Shown in pieces: positions 55,184 through 64,000 of a DNA stretch of 64,000 nucleotides. This DNA is from Octopus sinensis (lineage: Eukaryota). Below the pieces are notes generated by a model that was given only the letters and a program-made list of their open reading frames with translations, did no database searches and was not told the DNA's origin. The stretch spans positions 3,844,001 through 3,908,000 of the forward strand of contig NC_043004.1 of NCBI RefSeq assembly GCF_006345805.1, read 5' to 3'. The translations under genes and the position numbers were made by a program. The first letter of the stretch is position 1. Each line of letters starts with the position of its first letter.

Positions 55184-57544
55184 TCACAACGTTTATTGTT
55201 TCCTCCTCTCCACCCATTTCGGATAATTTATTGCTCATGTTCAATATTGTAGCCGAGTACGGGCTTAAAATAAAGCGTGGGTCGCTTCGTAATCTAATAA
55301 ATATAGACCGTTACCAATATCTCCTTGTTTTATTTTTGTGTATAATCACTGTGCGTGTGTGTGTGTGTGCGTACATGTGAATGAGTGCGTGTGTGTGCGT
55401 ACATGTGAATGAGTGTATGTGTGTGTGTGTGTTAAGCAAATACTAGCTTTACTATGAATCTATACGCATCTGCGGGTTTACGCGGCACACCGATGTGTGC
55501 ATGCATATATGTATATAGATATATATATATATATCTATATATATATATATATATACATACACACAGACACACACACACAGACACACACATAAACACACAC
55601 AGACACAGACACGCACACATATATGTATATACACATATGCAAGTGTTTACGCATGCGTGTGTGCGTTTGTCGACGTCCCTCTCTGGGTTTGCCCATGCGT
55701 GTGCGCAAGTGTGTGCGCAAGTGTGTGCGCAAGTGATGCGTGCGCAGCACGTGTATGTGAGATGCGTCGAATAGATCCTTCCTCTTTCTCTCCTCCTTCC
55801 TCCTTCCCTCTAACTCCTTCTCTCTCCCTCTCTCTCCCTCTCTCTCCCTCTCTCTCCCTCTCTCTCCCTCTCTCTCCCTCTCTCTCTCTCTGTATATGTG
55901 TGTCTATGTATGTATAAAACGTTTGAGCGTAGAGTATGTATGCGTAAGAATTTGAATAGATGATGTGTATGTGTGTGTGTGTGTGTGTGTGTGTTTGCGC
56001 GTGTGTGTGTGTGTGTGTGTGCGTGTGTGTGTGTGTGTGCGTCTGTGTGTGTGTGTATGTGTGCGTGTGTGTGTATGTAATACTTGTGAACGTGAATGTA
56101 AAGTGTGCGGGGCTGTTATGATACAGGTGCGTGTGTTTGTTTTTCCAGTGAGGCATGTGCGTGGAGTATATATTGTGCATGGGATGTGATGTGTGTACAC
56201 ATAGACACACACACGCACGCACACACACACACACATATATATATACAGACACACACACACATACACACAAAGAGACGCATACACACACACGTATATATAG
56301 ATGTGTATACATCGAAATGCGAAAACACACGTGACTGTGTTACGATATGAGTGTGTGTTTGTATTATGATTTCGTGTGTACCAATATGTGTGTGCGGTTG
56401 CGTGCGTGTGTGTGTGCGTGTGTGTGCGGTTGCGTGCGTGTGTGTGCGTGTGTGTGTGTGTGTGACGTGGGTGGGCGTTTCTTTACGATGAAATTATCGT
56501 CAACTCTGAGAGGTAATCGTTAATAGAGAACCACCTTCGACAGATAAGTCAATCTCTGAGTTTGCGCGCAAACGTGCGTGTGTGTGTGTACGTTTGCGTG
56601 CGTCTGTCTGTGTGTTTGTGTGTGTGTGTGTGTATGTGTGTGTTTTTGTGTGTGTGTGTGCAAACAAAAGAAAGAAAAGATATATGCTAGTAGTTTGGTA
56701 AACACACACACGCACACACACACACACGTAAAGACCTCCACATACGCATCCATACACATGTGACAAACACACACCGTTGGTACCCCATTCACACCCACCC
56801 AGACATATTTCCTAGCTTTTCACAGATGCTTCCAAAAAGCAGAATTTGGAGGGGGGGCGGAGAGGGGGAGGGGAGAGATTCCGAAAAAAGAGAGATTTTA
56901 GCTGATTTTTAAGAGTTTTATGTATATTTTAAAACACCATCTAAAACAACAAACACACACACACACACAAGTGGGATAAAAAATTAAGAAAAAAACAACA
57001 ATTGACTAAAAAGTACGTGGGAAGTAATACATGTGTGTGTGTGTGTGTGTGTAGACATATATGTGTGTGTGCGTGTGGGTTTGTGCACACACACACACAT
57101 AGGGAGAAAGGTAAACAAGACAAGTATAGAGATACATACACAAACAAATGCAGACATACATGCAGACGAGCATTCATACATACATACATAAATACACGCT
57201 CACACACACTCACATTGCTTACATACACACATACATCCGTACCTACATGTTTGTATAGATACGTATATACATACACACATGTACACACGTACGTACACAC
57301 AGACACACACACACCTTAACACACGTAGAAATAATATACGAGTCATTGGAAGAGAAGCACAAATGTAAATGAATAAATATGCGTCGGGGAAGATAATGAT
57401 GGATGATAAGCTATGTTCACCGGTTTGATCAGATAGGCTTAAACAGCCTCACCACGTCCCCTCTCTCTCTCTCTATATATATATATATAAAATATGTGTG
57501 TGTGTGTGTATGTGTGTGTGTGTGTGTGTATGTGTATATTCTTT

Positions 57545-57768
57545 TGTTCTTTTACTGGTTTTAGTCATTTGATTTCGGCACCGTCTTTAGTCGAACAAGT
57601 CGACCCCAAGACTTATTCTTTCTAAGCCTAGCTTTTATTCTATCAGTCTCTTTTGCCGAACTGCTTAGTTACCGGGACGTAAACACACCACCATCGGTTG
57701 TCCAGCGATGGTGGGGGAGGGACAAACACAGACATACAAATACTCACACAAACACTCACACAAGCACT

Positions 57769-57834
<66 letters not shown>

Positions 57835-57984
57835 GGACGGGTTTCTTACAGTTTCCGTCTACCAAATCCGCTCACAAGGCCTTGGTTGGCCCAAGGCTAT
57901 AGCAGAAGACACTTGACCAAAGTGCCACGCAGTGGACTGAACCCGAACCATGTGGTTGATAAGCAAACTACTTCCACACAGCCA

Positions 57985-57985
<1 letters not shown>
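57545..57985 (-). mobile_element. SINE family B
   Basis: Near full-length homology to 4843-5244. Confidence 0.85.
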
Positions 57986-58041
<56 letters not shown>

Positions 58042-58098
58042 TAGATAGATAGATAGATAGAAATATATATATATATATATATAGATAAGTATATATAT

Positions 58099-58171
<73 letters not shown>

Positions 58172-58295
58172 TAGATAGATAGATAGAGAATAGATAGATA
58201 GATAGATAGATAATATATATATATATTATAGATAAGTATATATATATATACACACACACAGATAGATAGATATATATATGTATATATATATATAT

Positions 58296-58339
<44 letters not shown>

Positions 58340-58375
58340 ATATACATATATAAATATCATGTAGTTATGCATATA

Positions 58376-58475
58376 NNNNNNNNNNNNNNNNNNNNNNNNN
58401 NNNNNNNNNNNNNNNNNNNNNNNNNNNNNNNNNNNNNNNNNNNNNNNNNNNNNNNNNNNNNNNNNNNNNNNNNNN
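58376..58475. other. Assembly gap (100 N)
   Basis: Run of exactly 100 N, a conventional unknown-size gap; order and orientation across it are not guaranteed. Confidence 0.99.
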
Positions 58476-58711
58476 CCATAATGTTACTCCCTCTCTCCCT
58501 TACTTCATTGCCCCACTCGCAACTTCATATATACATACATACAGACAGACAGACAGACGTGTGTGTGTGTGTGTAAATATGTATATATGTATGTATGTAT
58601 CTGCATTCTGTATTTCACACCACTTCATTAAACCTTAAACCATTTTTTCTCTTATAACAATTATTTTTTAATTTTACTTTTGTTGCTTGTCCCTAGGAAT
58701 ATGTGTGTACA

Positions 58712-58742
<31 letters not shown>

Positions 58743-58762
58743 TGTGCATGATGCAGATATCT

Positions 58763-59347
58763 TTTCTAATCTAGGCACAAGGCCCGAAATTTTGGGGGAG
58801 GGGACCAGTCGATTAGATCGACCCCAATACGCAACTGGTACTTAATTTATCGACCCCGAAAGAATGAAAGGCAAAGTCGACCTCGGCGGAATTTGAACTC
58901 AGAACGTAGCGGCAGACGAAGTACCTATTTCTTTACTACCCACAAGGGGCTAAACACAGAGGGGGACAAACAAGGATAGTCAAACGGATTAAGTCGATTA
59001 TATCGACCCAAGTGCGTAACTGGTACCTATTTAATCGACCCTGAAAGGATGAAAGGCAAAGTTGACCTCGGCGGAATTTGAACTCAGAACGTAGCGGCAG
59101 ACAAAATACCTATTTCTTTACTACCCACAAGGGGCTAAACACAGAGGGGGACAAACAAGGATAGACAAACGGATTAAGTTTATTACATCGACTCCAGTGC
59201 GTAGCTGGTACTTAATCTATCGACCCCGAAAGGATGAAAGGCAAAGTCGACCTCGGCGGAATTTGAACTCAGAACGTAACGGCAGACGAAATACCGCAAA
59301 GCATTTCGCCCGGCGTGCTAACGTTTCTGCCAGCTCGCCGCCTTGTG
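58763..59347 (-). mobile_element. Trimeric SINE family A with a ~14-bp TSD
   Basis: Three cores at 185-bp period with one head; tgatgca(g/t)atatct at 58749-58762 and 59348-59361. Confidence 0.85.
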
Positions 59348-60399
59348 TGATGCATATATCTGTCGGTGAGCTGCAAGTATTTATACTGAGAAATGAAAAC
59401 AAAAAATAACTCTCTAATTCATTTTGGAAACAATTTTTATTTCTCCGTCTCTATTACCAACTTGTTATTCCGTATACATCTTCACCATCGCAACCTATTG
59501 TTTGTTTTACCATAGTCGATAATGGTTAATATTTGTGTTTATAGCTTAGAATGTTTATCTGTTTATATTAACAGCAATTTCATTAAGTTACGCTTACAAG
59601 TTTTTAGTAAAATAAAATTACCTTTCATACTCAATTTGCATAAGCAACTCTGTTACTTTTGCATGTTAAAATGTTTAGAAAAACATTATGGTAAGAACTC
59701 ACACACAGTGGAGAACTGGGTCCAAAAATATTGGCTGCCAGGAGACTACAAGGTGTTCCTTTGAGCTGTCTACAAACACAGCCGGGCTGAAATAATTAAT
59801 GCATTCTTCCAGGAGGGAATAAAAATGCTCAAACCTGAGGGGATGGGCCCCTTAGATATTAACATGGGCCCCCATATATGGATTCTTATGGCACAGGGGC
59901 CCACTTGCCATCGGGCAGGCTGTGCATATACTTACATGCACGTGCATATACATATATGCACGTGCATGAATGCGTACACTTATGGTATGGAGCTGCGCTA
60001 AACGGTTTAATCATTCGGTAGAAAACCACAGGAATGCAAAACCACACCCAATGGACCCAGGGTGGGACATTGTTAGTAAAGAAGATAAAGCCAGAGTAAG
60101 AGAAGCACGAGCGACTACTTGAAGAGGATACAGTGTGCAGGAGAAGTGGGAAGTATGGCGGTGGAGTCACAATTCTGAGCATGATAGAGAAGTTAATGAG
60201 GTGGCCGACCAGGCTGGAGCAGATATATTACGACCGGATGTCGAAATACATTCAATCATTCAAACGTGGTTATGTTATATATCGAATTCGATAAAACTTT
60301 CAATTATAGTTAATTAAAAAACTGATGCCACAAATTGCATGATTCCTGCAGGGCTAGAAAAACTAGGAGAATGGTCACATGACATCTCATTGGTACACC

Positions 60400-60685
60400 G
60401 TCGGTTGCGTGGATGAGAATTGCAGTTGATCTGATTGATGGAACAGCTTGCTCGTGAACTTCACATGCAAGTGGCTGAGCACCCCACAGACACGTGTACC
60501 CTTCACATAGTTCTCAGGGAGAGTCAGCGTGACACAAAGTGTACAAGACTGGTCCTTTTGAAATACAGGTACTATTCATTTTTGCCAGCTGAATGCACTA
60601 GAGGAACATGAAACGCGCCGCCGGGAATCGAATCTACAACTTTACGATCGTCAACCGAATACTGTAACGGCTTAGCCACGAGCCA
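60400..60685 (-). mobile_element. SINE family C with the central domain
   Basis: Homology to 41275-41590. Confidence 0.8.
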
Positions 60686-60818
60686 TCCCGTATGACTACT
60701 TAAGATGGAGAAGTCAAGGAGTCACAGCCAACAGGATTCTCTGAAGGAAACAAAATCCTAGTTTTAAGTGGACTCTCTCATTATTGCTTCCAATGGCTCT
60801 CTCTCTCTCTCTTTTACT

Positions 60819-60853
<35 letters not shown>

Positions 60854-60919
60854 ATCTCTTTCTCTCTCCCTCTCTCTCTCTTTCTTTCTCTCTCTCTCTC
60901 CCTCTTTCTCTCTCTCTCT

Positions 60920-61440
60920 CCAATGACTGCTTGCCGTTCTACAGTCATTCTCGCTAATTCTACTGACGACACAAACTTGCAACAGGTGATCAGGAATTCC
61001 GTTGATATCACAAACCTACAACACCATCTAAAAGCAATATACAAACGGATTGGAGGAAAACACATTCGCAATTTAATTCTGGGAAATTTCTTCCAGCTCT
61101 CCGCTCTCAGCCGAAAATACATCGCGGTTGAGATAAAGCGAACCAGAACGGATTGTAATACAAGAATGACAATCGATGCGTGACCTCGGGCTTAATACGA
61201 ATGACAACGCATCGTTTCATGTAAATATTACCAAGGCAGGAACTGCGTTCGGACGATTGGTAGAATGGCCTCTGAGATCCTTCGAAACAGACTATGACGT
61301 CCCGAGGAGAAGGTTTCTTTTTTTCTCAATCATCGGGGTCACTACTGCTCTCAACAAGGGTCACCACACAGGATTAAACCAAATGCGGGAATTGAAGCAA
61401 TGCAACGGGCCGAATCGAACTCTGATTCAGATGAACAAAT
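60920..61440 (+). mobile_element. CR1/Jockey-group LINE reverse-transcriptase fragment (degenerate)
   Basis: STDDTNL (YADDTKL-like)...ITNLQHHLKAIYK; MRDLGLNTNDNASFHVNITK...LVEWPLRSF. Confidence 0.7.
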
Positions 61441-61477
61441 GAGGAAAAGCGAGATAATGTTTGATTCTAGTTTGCCT

Positions 61478-61715
61478 TTTATTTTTTACACGTTTCAGTC
61501 ATTGGACTGCGGCCATGCTGAGCCACCGCCTTCAAGAATTTTTGATAAACGAATCAACCCCAGCATTTATTGTTTTGTTTTTATGGTATCAGTTTCTCAT
61601 GCCGATCCGCTAACTTACGGGGACGTAAACACACTACAACCGGTTATCAAGTGGTGGTGGGGGACAAACACAAACACAAACATGAACACACGTACAGGCA
61701 CGCACACATCTATCT

Positions 61716-61750
<35 letters not shown>

Positions 61751-61774
61751 TCTATCTATCTATCTATCTATCTA

Positions 61775-61819
<45 letters not shown>

Positions 61820-62056
61820 TATATTATATATATATATATATATTATATATATATGGCACCAGAATTTAGTATGATGTTATCCATATAATTCAAAATGGGG
61901 TGATTATAATCACCTCATTTTCAATTATATGGATAATACCATACTAAATTCTGGTGCCTTAACTTAAGTACCATATTCAACTGAATCTGAATTTTTACTG
62001 AACTTATATACATATATAATATATAACGGTGGTTCCCCAGCATGACCGCATGACAT

Positions 62057-62129
<73 letters not shown>

Positions 62130-62396
62130 ATATATAATATATATATATATATATAAGAGTGAAAAATCTACAGATGACTTGTGTTATATAGTTAAAGAAT
62201 ATATTTAAATTGTCATGTTAGAAAAATGTTATAAAATTTTTAGTGTAAAGTAACATTGTTTTTGGGAGAAATAACTGGCTTCGTATTTTCTTTTGAAATT
62301 TCTCAAATTTCTTTACCAATATTGTGTCATCTCTTCGCTATGATGTGAAGTAAGAGAATTCCAGACAAGGGGAGATAATCAGGGATTTTCCGGTAT

Positions 62397-62440
<44 letters not shown>

Positions 62441-62600
62441 CATACATGAAGGGCTTCTTTCAGTTTCCATCCACTAAATCCACTCACAAGGTCTTGGTCG
62501 GCCCGTGGCTATAGTAGAAGATGCCCAACGTACCACGCTGTGAGACTGAACCCGGAACCATGTAGTTGGGAAGTAATCTTTTTTACCACACAGCCACACC
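61478..62600 (-). mobile_element. SINE family B split by insertions in its internal microsatellite (tail 61478-61700, head 62445-62600)
   Basis: Both halves homologous to 63350-63755; ~750 bp of TA arrays, a palindrome and foreign segments lie between them. Confidence 0.75.
61855..61958. repeat. 104-bp spacerless imperfect palindrome
   Basis: 52-bp arms centred on GATTA|TAATC, with 4 mismatches. Confidence 0.95.
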
Positions 62601-62824
62601 TACAGAAACATAGATGAAATAAGGTAAAGAAGAGCCTACAAGGGCGAGCACCAAACATTGATATTGAGAGCAATAGCAATCCCCGAACTGGGTGCCACTG
62701 ATATAACCAAATGTGCCACCCTTCTTATTTGATAATGCGGTGGATTCGGGTTCAAACACACACGTCTTCTGTATTCGGCTTCCACAAAAAAAAAAAACCA
62801 AAGATTTACAGATATTAATATATT

Positions 62825-62970
62825 GATTTCAAACTGGTACTTATTTTATCGACCTCGAAAGAGATGAAAGTCGACGTCGGTGGTATTTGAACTCAGCACG
62901 TGAAGACGAACGAAACGCCGCTAAGCATTTTGTCCGGCTTGGTAACAATTCTGCCAGCTCCCCACCTTTA
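62825..62970 (-). mobile_element. SINE family A (partial)
   Basis: Homology ending ctgccagctcccc. Confidence 0.75.
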
Positions 62971-63349
62971 CAGATATTAATATATTAAAGAAATATATAT
63001 CAGGACACACTATGATCTGACTCCTAGGTGAACATACGTCTATGAAAAGAGAGAAAATGACAAACGAGGGCAGCACTGTCAAACATTCACCAAAACAGAG
63101 AGGGAAAAGAAAAAAAAACAAAAGGAACGCTGCAATAACGGGGGTGCTACAGCATGACCGCAGCCCAAAGGGTGGCACAGTTAAAACGCTAACAGAGAAA
63201 GCGACTACATATTAATGTGAGAGTGTGTGTGTATGTGTTTTGTGTATGTATATACATAGTCTTGTACATATATACAGATGCATATAATATATGTATACAT
63301 ATCAGGCACGTGCCGTCAGTATTTACTCAGGGTAAGCAGCTCTTTACTC

Positions 63350-63755
63350 TTTTACTCTTTTACTTGTTTCAGTCATTTGACTGCGGCTATGCTGGAGCAC
63401 CGCCTTTAGTCGAGCAAATCGGCCCTGGGACTTATTCTTTGTAAGCCCAGTACTTATTCTATCGGTCTCTTTTGCCGAACCGCTAAGTGACGGGAACGTA
63501 AACACACCAGCATCGGTTGTCAAGCAATGCTAGGGGGACAAACACAGACACACAAACACACACACACATACATATATATATACATATATACGACAGGCTT
63601 CTTTCAGTTTCTGTCTACCAAATCCACTCACAAGGCATTGGTCGGCCCAGGGCTATAGCAGAAGACACTTGCCTAAGATACCACGCAGTGGGACTGAACC
63701 CGGAACCATGTGGTTGGTTAGCAAGCTACTTACCACACAGCCACTCCCGCGCCTG
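63350..63755 (-). mobile_element. Full-length SINE family B
   Basis: Close homology to 4843-5244. Confidence 0.9.
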
Positions 63756-64000
63756 GTGATGTTTATTTAGTAAAACACAAAAAAATAAGCGAAACACAAG
63801 TGCACGACCGAGTTGAAGACAGATTTACTTCTGCCTTTATAGTACGTAAAGAGAACGGTGTTGTAGGAGTGTACGCAGCACGTGTACAACAGCAATACTA
63901 TTCATAGCTTAAATACTGAGATTGAAAAGCAAGGGTGAATTATGCCTGCCTAATAAAAAAAAAAGAAAAGTAGTTTGCATCTTATGCATTGTAATCAGAG

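Noticed and set aside
59835-59905. Clustered GGGCCC motifs suggestive of a hAT-type MITE
   Set aside because: No TIR pair or 8-bp TSD identified

Overview
AT-rich, microsatellite-saturated animal DNA. Its SINE/LINE repertoire looks like an octopus (coleoid cephalopod) genome; this is inferred from repeat content. Almost all supplied ORFs are simple-repeat artefacts or transposon debris. One host gene is detectable, and it is absent from the ORF track: a minus-strand neuropeptide precursor. A TATA/Inr promoter (~54992-54954) precedes a 64-nt signal-peptide exon (54933-54870, MSLRLSLFLLSAVILLSIANA). A 31.6-kb phase-1 intron follows, then a 39-nt exon (23288-23250) giving AKCSRHNLHACLG(G), which closely resembles the excitatory peptide/GGN-amide/CCHamide family. 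The expected third exon (N-G-K-R) was not found in the window. The remainder comprises tRNA-derived SINEs (some multimeric, with target-site duplications), R4/Dong-type LINE fragments in (TAA)n, RTE and CR1 fragments, Tc1/mariner and Tigger-like non-autonomous elements, and a Helentron-associated-like element. Putative Penelope-like termini lie at (TA)n arrays. There is one intact hammerhead ribozyme core (20797-20898) and two damaged ones, two long palindromes, a homogeneous 33-bp minisatellite and a 100-N gap. No rRNA, true tRNA or CRISPR array is present.
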